From: Plasmodiophora brassicae
Lineage: Eukaryota
Direction of reading: 5' to 3'
Assembly (NCBI GenBank): GCA_036867785.1
Contig: CP145425.1
Location: forward strand, 1-64,000
DNA length: 64,000 nucleotides
Shown in pieces: positions 1 to 13,284 of this stretch. The notes beneath the pieces were generated by a model, which saw only the letters and a list, made by a program, of their open reading frames with translations, did not search any database and was not told the origin of the DNA. Made by a program: the position numbers and the translations under genes. Position 1 is the first letter of the stretch. Every line of letters starts with the position of its first letter.

Positions 1-368
1 AAAAAACCCTAAAACCCTAAAACCCTAAAACCCTAAAACCCTAACCCTAAAACCCTAAAACCCTAAAACCCTAAAACCCTAAAACCCTAAAACCCTAAAA
101 CCCTAAAACCCTAAAACCCTAAAACCCTAAAACCCTAAAACCCTAAAACCCTAAAACCCTAAAACCCTAAAACCCTAAAACCCTAAAACCCTAAAACCCT
201 AAAACCCTAAAACCCTAAAACCCTAAAACCCTAAAACCCTAAAACCCTAAAAACCCTATAAAACCCTAAAACCCTAAAACCCTAAAACCCTAAGCCCCTT
301 AAAAACCCCTAAAAAAACCCTAAAAAACCCCCTAAAAAAACCCTAAAAACCCTAAAACCCTAAAACCC
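1..368. repeat. Telomere, (CCCTAAAA)n = TTTTAGGG on the minus strand
   Basis: Near-perfect 8-mer tandem array from base 1 to ~248, then variant units with altered A/C run lengths to ~368. C-rich on +, so this is a left chromosome end. Confidence 0.97.
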
Positions 369-932
369 GACCAACTTCCGCATGATGTCAACAGTACATG
401 TGCTGAGCATATGTTCGGGCCATGCATGGCCCTGGCGTACGTTCGACGACTTGTTACGACGTCGACGTACTCGGCGACGACCGCAGCAATCGGCTGATCA
501 CAAGTCAGCTCTAGACTTTTGCGTTACCTGGATTCTCCAAAGGCCAGTTGCCTTGATCGTATATCCTGCCGAGATCGGCTCTGGTCAATCCTGCTCCAAC
601 GTTTTGTTCACCATTTCGGCGTTTCCAATCGCAGCCATCGATTTTCATTGAATATACAGAGCTTACTATTCCTTCTTCGCTACCAGTACTGGCGAAACTC
701 GTCTCCTCACTACAGCGTATGCAGCCAACGCTGGCTCCCATCGAACCATTGACTGGACGTCAGGGCTGGGTTCAGTCCCAACTGATATCACATATACGCA
801 CTGCTTCCCAGGCCTGACAAGTACTTCTTAGGATCCAGCATCAGCATCGTAGAGCGCTGGTAACGTTTGTGGTTTACAAGTACATCGGAACCGAGTCATA
901 GGACAATCGTTAACGGCCGCTGTTACGTTGGG

Positions 933-3900
933 TCAGGGTTCGTCACCGTTCGGGACGATCATTTGTTTCACATTCTCCATTTCGTTCAGGATGTTGTCGG
1001 GGATGAGGAGTAAGAGCATGCGAGTTCGCTTGCTCTCGTAATCCATTGAGCTTATTAGACGGCGTACGACGAAAGCGTAGTGGAGGATAAGGGCGATGAT
1101 AATTGCCACCAGGTAGGTTTGCTCCTTCGATAGGATACCCTGCGACGTGTCGTCGACAATTGTCTGAAACAGCGTCATGACGACTGAGAAGGCAGGATAT
1201 AGGTAGTCGGAGCAGAAGGCACGCAACGTCTGCAGGCTGTTCACGTTGGCGGTGATTTGATCACTCGGTATCAGCAGCCATACTCCAGTGCTGTTCGGGG
1301 TAGAGCTGGCCGCAATGACATCGTGCGTTGTCTGGTCGATCCGGTGGGCTAAGCTGCGTCCCAAACGGATAAACTCGATTGTTGCTGGGTGCATTCCGCC
1401 CGCCATCACCCCGTTGAGAAAGGACCTGCACATACGCGGCGTTATCGTGGCGCCATACTGGCCGGTCTGGTTGTCGCGGGTGCACCCGTCCGCCATCAGC
1501 AACGACAGCACCGGGATACTTGCATCCCCCGCCCAGCCTGAGATGAGCCCCGCTATGTCCTCCTCTGCGTTCCCGTACAGGACCCACTTGTCGTAGTCAG
1601 ATATGAGGTCAAGATGGGAGAGCGCCGTATCCAGATCGATCGTATTGAGGGCCGGGTAATCGTCTATGCCCTGGAAACGCGTTCCGCTGGCGAACATTTG
1701 CAACAAGAACATGGCGTGAACTGGATGCTTGCGCAGAAAACCGGCATGGTTCAAGTAGACAGGCGCTTCGTGCAAGACGTTCACAATGGCGTATGTGGAC
1801 ACGCTCGACGCCGAGAAGTAGACGATCACGAAAACGACAACAGCGCCCACGCGCAGCATGATTCCTGTTTCGGCCCGTCGCAGACAAGCGCCAATCAACG
1901 AACGCATCTCGGCCGACCATTTCCAAATCATCTTCGCCTTTGGCTGATGCTTGGTGCCCACATGAGCAATCTCGCCCTTAACGTGATCTTTTGACTTCGA
2001 CCGCTTTGTTTCGATCGCATTCGTCTCGAGCATGCTGATTCCATGGACGGTCTCGAGGCGGTTTTGAACGTTACTCCGAATCGACACGATTTCATAGGAT
2101 GGCATTCCGGTCAGTACCTCTAGCGTATGGCGCTTGGATTCCTCGATGCGTTTGGCAATGGGCAACAGAACTACGGTGAGAACGGATGTGATGAGGGCGA
2201 CGCAGAAGACAGAAATGACGACGCCGATCGTGCCTGGCAGCCGTCACGGATCAGAATTGTAAGAAGGTACGAAACAGTCTGCCTGCTGTTACCAAGGTTG
2301 GCAGCCATGGTTCGGGATTGTTCCATAAGGTAACGGGTGGACAGTTCGACCTTCAGGTAATAGGATTGCGCCCCGATGACGTTGGCGCACAATAGGAAGA
2401 CCACCGGGTTATCAGACACGAAGGAACTTAGCGGGGCTTTGCTTGCCTCGATCGCTGCGTTGACATAGATGCTCGTCACGTCGTACAAGGACCTGTAGGT
2501 GATCTCGGTCCTGGCCAGACCATGCTGGCCAATCGTCGAACTGATCGTTGGCTCGTTGACCAGCTGTAGTAGCCGGCATGTGGGCTGTAAGTACAGAGCA
2601 GCGTGCTCTGGTGTCAATGTTGCTCGCCCTATGCACACGGCGCCGATTTAGACGAAATGCGCTGTACAAATACCGAACCGAATTTGCCTTGGAACGCAGT
2701 GCTGTCGGCAGTCTGGAGCGTCTTCAGAGCGCTGAGGATCATCGCCCGCGACACGGTTTCGACGTTAGCGCTCCACGTCAGGTTTGCTCCGCCTTGGTTG
2801 AGGAGCAGGAGCGTATGTGTTTGCAACGCAATCTCGCTGATCGACTTGCGTCGCGTCGTTACCAATTTGAATCGGGCCAGATGCTCGGCATACGATGCCA
2901 CCATCTCGTAGCGGTACGTGTAGAAACTGACTACCATTGCCATTGTCAGCAGCAGTACGGCCAGGAACAGTTTGTGGAACCGGCTCAGGGCGGGATCCAT
3001 TTTGTTGCTGGCTCTGATCATCGCCTGTCTCACGATTCGTGATTGCACATCAGACACGCCGCTGTTCGAAGTCTGCTCGCTGGCATTGTCGTCATGTTCC
3101 GTAGTGACGCTGGCGCCGCCAACGACGACGACCCGCTTAGCCGGCTTCCTCGTCGCCTTCCGTCTCATCGAGGTTTTATGGCTTGCGTCCGTTCCACGGG
3201 CGACTCCTGCTTCAGATGTCGGTAGGGCGCCCACCGTATCGTCATCAGCGACGCCCGCACGATCGGATTCCTCTTTGGGGGCATCGGCCACCTCAGACGC
3301 GCCCATGGCTCGGTTGACTTGGAGCACGGGAATTTCACCAACGCTAGTGTCGACGTCGTCCGCGTCGGTCGAGACGTCTTTCTCGTCATCGTCGGCGCCT
3401 CGTCCAGTATCTGCGATGGCAAATTCTCGGTCGTCTCGCGGGACGTCCGATGCGCATGCGGCGCCCTTCGCGGATGCGATGACCTCGACGGCAATAACGT
3501 CGACGGTGAAGTTCATGGCCGAACAGGCCGTGATGGAGAGGTGGAGTTCGCACGGGACGTCGTTCATGAATGAAGGAGTGATCAGCAGTCCGGTGGCGCC
3601 GCCGGGCACCATGAAGAGCTCACGCCGTTCGCGGTATTCGTCGACGAGGTCGAACATGGAGACCGATCCGGAGCTGACGTCGGCTCTCGTCGTGTTGAAC
3701 ACCTCGATGCACTTGTTCGTCATGGCGTGGACGAGGCCAGTTTCGGGATCGGCCAGGACGGTCAGCGCCGGCTCATGCGTTGCTCGGCCCGGCGTCGTGG
3801 CCGGAACGATGGCGATGTACAGATCGAAATCGATGCCGTTCGTGCTGAAAGGCGTGAGGGAGATGTGCACCGGAAACATAGCGCTCGACGTAGACCGGCA

Positions 3901-6103
3901 GTAAGCCAGATGCGGCGCTCCGCCAAAGTACCTATCGACGCCGTGCTCGAGGTACTCCGTCGCGATGATCGGGATAGCGTGGTTCCAGGGCGGGAGCAGG
4001 AAGTGCCCAAGCCAACGCGACGTGACGTCCTCGCCGAGCAGAATGGTCGCCATGACGTTGCAGCTGACAATCGTGCCGACCGGATGCGTTTGGCGTTCCG
4101 ATGCCGACACAGCCACCGCAGCTGTGAACTCGTCCAAGTGGGCTTCGGCGCCCAACCGACGCCCCAGTGCCTTCTTTCGGTCCTCTCGCTGCCCCTGTTG
4201 CCTTCGTTCCTGTTGTTCCGCCTTGATGTACACAGCGCGCGATCGTCCGGGCTGTTGACGATCGTCTCGAGGAATCCGGCGTACATGTAAAGCGTTGCTG
4301 GTGAGTTGCTCCCCATCCGGAGCAGGTTAGCGTACGCCTCGCCGGCCTTCTTTGTCAGCAACGACACCGAATTGGAGTTCGCCACGACCATCAGCATGTC
4401 GGGCTTCGGCGATAGCAGCTCGCCCCAGAACTGAAGGAGCGCCCGGCAGCACTTCTGGTCGAGCATCTTGGCTTCGCGTATGTACTTTTCTCGCTGAACG
4501 AATGACAGGACACCAGAGTTGCAGTCGACGCCGTCCTCGAGGGCGCGTTTCTGCTGGTAAAGGAAGAAGCTCTGGTCCAGTGTGGGACTCATCTGAACAG
4601 CACGAAGGATGTACCGTCTTGCGATGAGCGGTGATTTCTTGATGTACTGTAAGAACATGGAGTAGAATATGCACCTGGGGAATACGCGTTCAGCCAAGTT
4701 TGCACGGTCAGCTGATGCAGGCGGGGTACGGACAGGAAGATGGACGATGGGAAACGGTCAAACCCCTGGACGAACTTCGCGCTTGACCTATCGATGTCCT
4801 CTGTCGCAATCTCTGTCTTGTGTGCGACATCGACGTTCGCGATACGACAGCAAAGCTCCACTTCGAACTCGTTGCGGCAGTCGGAGATCGACATAGTGCT
4901 GAGAAGGGCTCGGCGAGAGCGTGTGCAGAGTATGGCCAGCGGGACTATGAAGACGTACCCGCCGAAGAAGAGCGGAGCGATACTGGCGGTCGGTTGGAGG
5001 ACTTGGCGCGCGAACGTCCCAGCAAGCACTGTCCACGTCGCAAGCCAGGAGGCAACCGCCCGTCGCTCGTTGGCCACCGTTCTGTAGTATGGTTGGTACC
5101 AGGTGTATAGGAAGGCCACCGTTCCCGTGCAGGCGAGTGAGATTAGGGCGAAAGCCATCGGCGCCGCTCCAGTTGACGTCTTTTCCAGCATTGCCGACAG
5201 GCAGACAAGCACCGTCTCGAACAGGTTGTGCAGGACGTCGATGCGAGAATGGGAGCGGGACGTGAAAGTCGCCGCCGTGGGATCCGGTTCGAAAAAGGTG
5301 GCAGCGACCATGAGCGACATGCCGGCGAACACCACGCCCAGAACCACCATGATAGGCGTCACGATCGAGCAGCGCCAATCGGGTAACATGCCGCTCGCCT
5401 GGCACATGCTGATCTCGGTCGTGAACAGACCAAGAATGGGGACTATGGGATTCATAATTGCGTCAGATAAGGCCGCTGCAATGTTGGACTATGATGGATG
5501 GTACCGTAGAGGATGGTGACGAGGAGATGCGCAGTCTTGCGAAGCAGGCGAATGGTCCAGAAATGGTGGAAGTTCTTCTTTCGCCAAGAGTAGCCGACGT
5601 ACAGGCCGTTAAGCAGTGACGCAGCGACGACGCCCACCGACACGTAGATGGGTATCCAGCCCAGCCAGTAGATCAGCGCCATGTCGACTTTGCTCAAGGA
5701 GGCGATGTAGCTCCACGTGTTGACGCTGGCCTCCAAGTGGAAGTCCCATTTGCTGGAATGAGGCAAGACAACGGCGATCTGTTACAGTACGGTCTGAGGC
5801 CAGCGACGACGACAACCGCAAACGGGAAGTACTGACGAGCTGTATGCAACCGATGGACACGTAAATGGCATCCGCCGTGTTGGAAACGACCGATCGGTGT
5901 GCCATGATGTAGAGCACGCCGACCAGCCCCGATTTGAACGCATCCACGGTCCGGACGACGCGGCCGACAACGCCGCCACGGTCGTCGTCATACGACAGAG
6001 CCGTGAGTGTCCCCGCGCCTGATGCCGCGTCACCCGCGGTCGCTCCTGCATTCAATTCGCTCAAGGCATTGCCGACGCTGCCGGCGCCAACCGTGGACGC
6101 CAT
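933..6103 (-). CDS. Large multi-TM PAS-domain protein, tiny macrocysts TmcB/TmcC-like, multi-exon
   Basis: Joins ORFs 5609-6226, 5452-5766, 4589-5455, 3762-4697, 2629-4233, 2171-2638 and 933-2165. Introns include 5779-5836 and 2234-2292. N-terminal TM bundle, helical segment (LLQFWGELLSPKPD..YANLL..YMYAGFL), PAS-like segment (GTIVSCN..LLG..FLLPP), further TMs, C-terminal 'RTRMLLLLIP'. Apparent 1-nt frameshift near 4240. Confidence 0.75.
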
Positions 6104-6803
6104 TGTCGCCTGGTTGTATCTGGTGACAGTTAGCCCACTTGGGTCGTCGGGTCTCAACGTGGTACAACGAGGCTGATCACAGGTTATAGGAGGTACGGTC
6201 GCCAACGGTCCCCGCTGGCCGGCCAATCCGAGTGCGCCCTATAGATACACTAACGTGTACACTGGGGTGTGTACGTGAGGGACTTCTTTCACACATACAC
6301 TGTTGGCCCCCTCCAATGTATTCTCCAATGACGGGTTTATGGGTGGTCAACCACTCAGCAACCCCCGGGTCCGAGCCAGCGCCCCGGCTAGGCAGGCGTT
6401 GCGCGCTCGAATCGGTACACCTCCAGCTGGAACAGTTCGACGCGCGCCCCGCTTATACTCGCGCACGGTCACAGCTGACTGAGGGCGCCTGCGAGCGCGA
6501 GGGCCACCGCGTCCCGTCCCCTGTACCTGCCGACCTTCGCAGGCCGACGACGCTCAGGACCCGTCCGCATGCAGCTGACCATGACGGCGACGCTGAAGAG
6601 GCATCCCACAGCACATCTGCCCCAAGCTGGGTGTGTGTGCGCTGCGCCGAATCGCGTGACGGCGCCGACATGCAGCTGCGACTGGCGCATGCCCGTCCCG
6701 CCCAGTGGCAGCTGCACGCAGGCACGCGCTGTCGGCCGGCCCGCTGCCTCCATCGCATTCATTATTGTGATCGTGTCCCGGGCGCCAGCGGTGGTGCGGA
6801 TCG

Positions 6804-9566
6804 ATGGCGTTGCGCCCGGCGGCCGCCGTCGTCCTTGACGTACGGGGGCGCTCCGGCGGCGCCGCCTTTTCCGGGCGTTCGTCGACAATGCGCGCGTCGC
6901 GCTCGACGAGGCGCTGCAGGCCGATTGCCTGGCGCGCACCTGGGGCGACGGCGCCGCCGCTGCGCCGATCGGGCCGTCGCTCAGCCTGCTGACCTGCCGG
7001 TTCGACGGACCGTCCCGGACGGCGCTGTCGCCGCCGTACACGCTGCAACTGGCGCGCGAGGTCCTCGAATCGATATCCGCATCCGTCAGCGACTCCTCCA
7101 AGAAGAACGCGTCGCTTGAGAAGTCCAGTAATTAACGCGCCCGTCCACATTATCCGATGCTCCAATCATTCGATTGTCCTACTCATAGACGTGGCCATCT
7201 TTCGTGAGGTCGTTCAGTTGCGCCACAGCCTGATCCGTACCCTGGATCTCGGCACGGTTCTCGTCCTGTCTCCGTTCGTCACGCGGCCGTCGTTCCTGTC
7301 AGCAGCGGTCCTCGAGGTGCTCGCCGAGCTGCGCGACAAAGCCATCTCCGTCCGCCTGGTCGCCTGCGTCCCCGACTGGCGTTGACAATCACAAGGTCTT
7401 TATTGTCACCGGGTCCTGGTCCGGTGCTGGGGCCGTTCCTCATCTTAACGATGTGCTTTTGCGACCACAAGTCGAGCAGTACTCGAGACCGTGCAGCGGT
7501 GCGTGCCTCTCCGATAAAGATGTGCCCCACGAGAAAAGCGTGGTGCGGTCAGTCGGAGGCCCCTTGCGTCCTGGCCAAGTTCTCGTCCTGGCGTTCAACC
7601 CATTCGAGGTCGCAGGGCCGAACAGAGCCGTCCAGAGAAAGAAGCGTCCCGTACGTTCGATGGGCACTGACCTTGCTTACGAATGCGATTCACGGATTCT
7701 CTTATACAGGATGTCGTTCGTCTAGCAGCCAGTCCTCTGCAGCGCGTCAGCCTCGGGCTCCGACTGCATCCTCTGTCGCTGGATCCCGCCCTACATCAAC
7801 GCAGAGGAACCCCTCCAAGAAAGCCAGCCGTACCGCATCGGACGATAATGCGGCACCGCGCGCAGGCAAGAAGAGGCGTACTGGATGGCACGTGTGTGTA
7901 TCTCCGATTGATATACAGTACTCATATGAAGTTGTCGTTTTACCGCTCAAAACAGACGTGCCCCTCCTTCGTTGATGGATGTGTCCAGGTCGATGTAGGC
8001 ATTGGTGTCTGCGCTGAGGTTTCCCCTAAACTGGAAGATGATGTATCCCACTGGGTGCAGGATAACGTCGTCTAGGTGAACGACTCTGACTAGCGTAGAA
8101 AAGAGGGATCGAGCGATAGGGAACTCAAGCACCTCAGCGTGGTCGTCGGGCTGCCATCGGACGACCTTAAACGGGCACTTGCGTATAACCCATCACACTT
8201 ACTAATTTCAGGCGCAATGAGAGCTGTGGCTGATGACTCGACCCGTGGCACATCTGGCGCCGTTCGCGCGCGTGACGAAGACGACATCGACGAGAACGAC
8301 TGTTTTTCGGTAGTGTGACAAGCGGCAAGGTTTAGCATGACAATACCAGCTGTCGGTTGTGGCCAACGGCTTCGCAGATGATGGCGTTAATGACGGCACT
8401 GACGTTCGGTGGGCCATTGCACCGATGACAACTGGGACACGTTCCTAACTTCACATTGCTCGGTACCATTACAATGTCGAACTGCTCGCTGCAGGCAGAT
8501 TGGCGGGCCTATGTTTCGTGGCCGGATCCGCGCCCGTCGCGCCGCGTCATTTGTGATCGGCGGACCGCCCGCATGCTTCGATGGATGTTCTGGGGGCGCT
8601 GTCGACCCGTCGCTCATTACCAGCTTGGTCGCGTACCTGAACCGTATCCGGCCGGATGACGCGCCGGCGCTGATCGATCCCGGCGTCCAGCCCGACTACC
8701 GTAACGACCGCATGCCGTATCGTCCGCCGTGTCGCTGCTGACATGCTCGGCCCGCAGGTACATTCAGTTCCTACACGCGAGGCAAGTCGTTCGATGTGTT
8801 GGTGCTGGGCAGCCCCCGCATGAGCCGAAACGTCTTCCGCTGTTGCAGCCAGCGGCAGATCCTGGATCAAGTTGTCCAGGTCCCGTACCCGTTATATGCC
8901 ACTCAGCTTTACGCTCACGTGGTGGACAGATGGTATCCAACAAGCCGTCTCATGTGCTGATCGCAAAGCGCTCGACGAACGGTCGCGGGAACGTCTTCAC
9001 GGTTGGTCTCCGTTTTCGCTGGCAATTTTGGTCTGACCTGTCTCCTATGACAGTGTAACACGATACGAACGCATCTTCAGAACCGTTCCTAATCGACTTC
9101 TGTCGCGAATCGGTAACGATGCCGTGCGCCAGCTGCTGTCGCGTTGCAGTGTGTTCGAAGCGCTCGACAACGGGTGCTTCTTGCAGGTATCCGGGCAAGC
9201 GATTACGCGGGACAACGTGCAACAGTGTCCTGTGAAGCAAGTGTCGCTGTATTCGGCGACTGTCCAATGCTCGTCGACGCTATATGCTTGCCGCAGCAGG
9301 CGGGTCGCGAGCCGGGCTTCCGTCTACCCACATTCTGAATCGGGTCAACGACAATGTGCTTGCCCTGCTTGCTGACATCTTCGTTTCAAGCAGCAAGCGA
9401 CGGGCGCGGCGAACGCCATCGTTGCGGCCAACAGTTCGGAGGCTGGCATCCATCTTTCGCCGCATCATTAAGGTTGTTGTTTGGCTATGTCTTCTCGAAG
9501 GAGCGCCCAGTTGCTGCTGACGACGTCGAGAACGGTGACATATCTCTCTCGAACGACTCGGAGTAA
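6804..9566 (+). CDS. Hypothetical multi-exon protein, boundaries uncertain
   Basis: Protein-like, GC3-rich segments (RAFVDNARVALDEALQADCLARTW; DVAIFREVVQLRHSLIRTLDLGTVLVLSPF; ELKHLSVVVGLPSDDLKRALA; ends NGDISLSNDSE*). The start MALRPAAAVVLD needs a frameshift at the T-run ~6867-6870. No family recognised. Confidence 0.4.
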
Positions 9567-10102
9567 TGCTAGACTATCGCCGCATGGTCTATTCCCAAGA
9601 CACGTGTGTGCGGACGTACTAGACCGCCGACTCGCCGTGACCCATTTTACACTGTACGAAGATGATAGACCACACAGAAGTAAAGTACCGGATACCCTGC
9701 GCCCACGATCCCGCACGCGTATGACACGCCGTACAGCAGCACGTCGCTGAACAGCATCACGGCTTAGACGCGCAGCAGGTTCTGCCCACCGCACCGCTTC
9801 CGCAGGACGCCATGCGCCAGGCAGCGTTGTGGCGGAGCGGTACTGGGCGGCTGCGGTCCCCCTGGCTTACACACGCACGAAAGTCTCCATCAGATCTGTA
9901 CCGACCGTTGCCTGCGGCGTTCAGGAATGGAATGGGTCCGCGCCCTGCAGGGCCACGTTAGTTCGGTACAGAAGTGCTGACCGATTTTCGCGCGTGTGTG
10001 TAAGCGCCAGGGACGGCAGCAGCCGCCCACTGTACTGCCCAATCTAAAAATAGCTGGACCTGAGATGAACTCCACCTGCACGTTCTGACGGCGGGTCGGT
10101 CG

Positions 10103-11800
10103 ATGACGTCACGCGCTGGACACGTTGACGCTGCTTCCGGACCCGGCACGCGGCTACCTAGCGACGAGGGCCAGTTTAAAATCGTCTGTCGAGGCCGTAC
10201 GCCGATGAAGGCGACGTCAATCGGCGTGCGTGGCCGGCGCGTCGTCTTCATTGACTGGATGCGGACGATCGCCATCTACCTGGTCGTCCTCGTCCATACA
10301 GTCGTCAGCCTGCGACGGGTCACCGGTCCTGAGACCGACGACCTGCGCGAGAAGATCAACGCCACCATACGTGGCCTGCTCCAGTTCGGCATGCCGCTCT
10401 TCTTCTACTTCAGTGGGCGGGCGGCCACCGTCACCGCCCAACGAGGGTTCCTGCATTTCGCAAGTCAGCCCGGTGCCCGCCCCGCACCTATACGTCCAAC
10501 TGGGCTGATCGTGGTGTGTGCCATGCAGGTTCAAAGTTCATGCGGTTGATCGTGCCGCTTCTGCTCGGCATGGTGTTCCTTGTCCTGCCGACCAGTTACA
10601 TCGGCCGGGCGTACCGACCGTGTGCGGCTCGATCCATCGACGGCTTCTTCGCGTACGCCCTGGATTTCTTCACGAATCAGATCGCCTGCGGCGGCCTGGA
10701 GTGGTTATGGTTCCTAGCCGTCCTGTTCGCCCTGGCCGTCGTCAACCACCCGATCGTCGGCTTCGTCAGCGGGCGGTACGCGCGTACCCCCACCCGGAGC
10801 GGCTGGAACGGAGACGACATCGTCCCACTGGTCACCGTCGGCTGCACGTTGGCGGCGTTGGTCGCCGTATCGACGCTGTGTCATGTCCCGCACGAGTGGA
10901 CCGTGCTGATCGTCATCCCGTACGTCGTCATTGTCCTCGTGGTGTCCTTCCTGGACGCGATCCGCCGCTGGCATTGCCTGCCCGTCGTCTTCGTGTCGTG
11001 CACGTTTCTTCCGATGCTGCTGATGGCGTACACGAAGACCAGTGGCATCGCGTTGCACCATCAGGTGATGGCGTTCACGTTCTACAACCTGTTCTATGTC
11101 GAGGGCGCCCTGAACCAGATCTTTGACGAGGAATACCTGGCGTACAGGCAGACGCGCGTGTACAAGGCGTTCATGCCCGTTCATCTGCTCGTCATGGTCC
11201 TCCTGCTGTGCCTGTGCTCGCCGTCCTCCGACCACAACATCGGGTACCTTTACGTACGTCGCCCGACGTTGCTGCTGTGTCGTCACCCCCATGGGCTAAT
11301 CGGTGCGTGGTTAGTCGTTCCCGATCTACAGGGACGCCATGAACTGTATGCTCTACGTGGTGGGCAGCTGGAACATGCTCATGCTGATCGTCCGCTGGGG
11401 GCAGACCTTCTACGACGGCACTCTCAACGAGTTCCTGTTCCGGCACGGCACGAAATCGACCATCGTCGTCTACATGGTCCACTGGCTGTTCATCGAGATC
11501 ATCCAGGCGCACGTGGTCCGCCCGTACGGGATCTCGCTGGTACCGGCCCTGGCCATGACGTTCCCGCTGACCCTGATGTGCTGCTGGGCCGTCTACGCCA
11601 GCGCCCTATGCGTCCCCTTCATGGGCATCGTCTTCGGTATGGGCCCGTCGTCGACGTCGTCGGACGCCAGGCCGGCGCACGAACCGCTGACCGACGTCGC
11701 ACAGGAGGACTCCTTTTCCGACACCGACGTCCTGGAGTGTGACCCGCTCATCATGAGCGATCCCGAGGCAGTCCCTGAAGTGGGCGCCAGTGCCGCATAG
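10103..11800 (+). CDS. Acyltransferase family 3 (OafA/MdoC-like) membrane O-acyltransferase
   Basis: Motifs RVVFIDWMRTIAIYLVVLVH, MPLFFYFSG, KFMRLIVP, LWFLAVLF, STIVVYMVHW; about 10 TM segments. Introns 10464-10528 and 11254-11314 restore the frame. Confidence 0.85.
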
Positions 11801-11880
11801 CATGATTCGCTATGGTACACATTATATAGTCGTTCGTCCTGAGTGCCACGGTCTGGCTTTCGTTTGGTGGCCACTGTTGC

Positions 11881-11881
<1 letters not shown>

Positions 11882-11913
<32 letters not shown>
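11882..11913. repeat. (TG)16 microsatellite
   Basis: Direct dinucleotide run in an intergenic spacer. Confidence 0.95.
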
Positions 11914-11918
<5 letters not shown>

Positions 11919-12109
11919 GGAGTGATGGTCGTCGTGGCCTGTCGCTGCTGCACGTCCTGGGTCCAGGGGGATCGTCGTCAGGCGCGGGGTCGCACCGTCC
12001 TTCTGATCCGCATGCTGTCCCAGACTTGTGTGTTGCCGCCGGGGCGCGCTGGCCGCTCGCTCAACGCACCAGGCGCCAGCTGTCCAGTCCCTGCCGCCTG
12101 TGCCTGGCA

Positions 12110-12863
12110 ATGCGTGCGCTCGTGGTGGCGGCAGCGATCGTGGCGGCCGCTGCGGCTGCCTGTCCGCACGAGGAGGTGGGTGGCGGCCGTACCGCCGCCC
12201 TGCGCGCCCTGTTCCAGACCTGGACGTCGTCGTGGATGAAGGGGCCAGCAGCGCCGCCTGCTCGTGGCGACCTCCGCTCCGGAACATCGCCATGTCAACC
12301 CTACATCGACGTGCTGTGCGGCAACGTGCCCAACGCGCACCTGCCCATCGTGTTCTGCCTGGCCCACAACGTGCACGTTGTCGACGACCAGTGCCGCGAC
12401 GACCTGCTCCTGCACGGCGAGATCGCCTGCGCCGATGACGCCCAGGTCGTCGGGTACGTTCGGGGCCCACCTCGCAATCCAGTGGGTGACGGCAAGTGGG
12501 TGCCTGACACATTCGTTCAGGGTGCTGTCCCTTCGTGAACTTGCCAAGTACAAGGACGTCGTCAGCGCGGGTTGCCGGGCCTACCTGGCCGACCATGTGC
12601 TGGGAGACGCCCCCGGTGTCGTCGAGTTCGACAGCGACCCTGTGCTCGCGGGTGCCCAGGGCCAGGATGCGGACGGTGTTCAGGTTCAGCACGCGCACGA
12701 CGCCGTCGTCGTGCTGCTGCTGGCCCTGCTGACCGGGAGCGTCGTGGTCACCATCGCGGCCCTGTCAAAGATCACGTCGCTGACCGACCAACAGGACGCC
12801 CTCGGTGACAAGTCATCCAGGGCCGACGAGTCGACATATGTACCTCCGGCGCCCATCGCCTAA
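12110..12863 (+). CDS. Type I membrane protein with GLG1-like cysteine-rich repeats
   Basis: Signal peptide MRALVVAAAIVAAAAA; CQPYIDVLCGNV..IVFCLAHNVHVVDDQCRDDL plus a second partial repeat ending VSAGCRAYL; TM AVVVLLLALLTGSVVVTIAAL. Intron 12454-12520. Confidence 0.65.
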
Positions 12864-13284
12864 CAAACGCTGCAGCGCTGATGGGCCTGCATGAGCGCGT
12901 GTGTTCAAGAGCGCACGTAGGGACCCTTGGCACCTTGATCGATAGGCGCGGCTGCACGTCAGCAGCAGGCGCGGGTGGCAACACGTTCAGCGGCACCTTC
13001 ATACGTGACGACCAGAAAGGATCGGCTTGCTCCCGAGGGACGATACCGGTCGGATGACAACGCGACCTCCTGCTGTGTCCATGGATGGGTGGGTGCGTCG
13101 ACGCTGAAGAACGTGTGCCCGACGTCGAAAGCGACGTCAGCGGGTCGGGATCACTGCCGGTGTGTGCCTGTAGCGTATGATCGTCAGCACCGATAAGTGA
13201 ACTGCCGAATGCGGCTAATAGTCCATCCGGCAGGCTGTTTGACATCCGAAGACCTGGAACAATCTACCTAGACTGATTTCGTTT

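Noticed and set aside
1-368. Repeat array as CRISPR or satellite
   Set aside because: No spacers; it is a canonical telomeric octamer at the sequence end.
11790-12109. ORFs with VCVCVC or THTHTH runs
   Set aside because: Translation of the (TG)n microsatellite; the real gene most likely starts at 12110.
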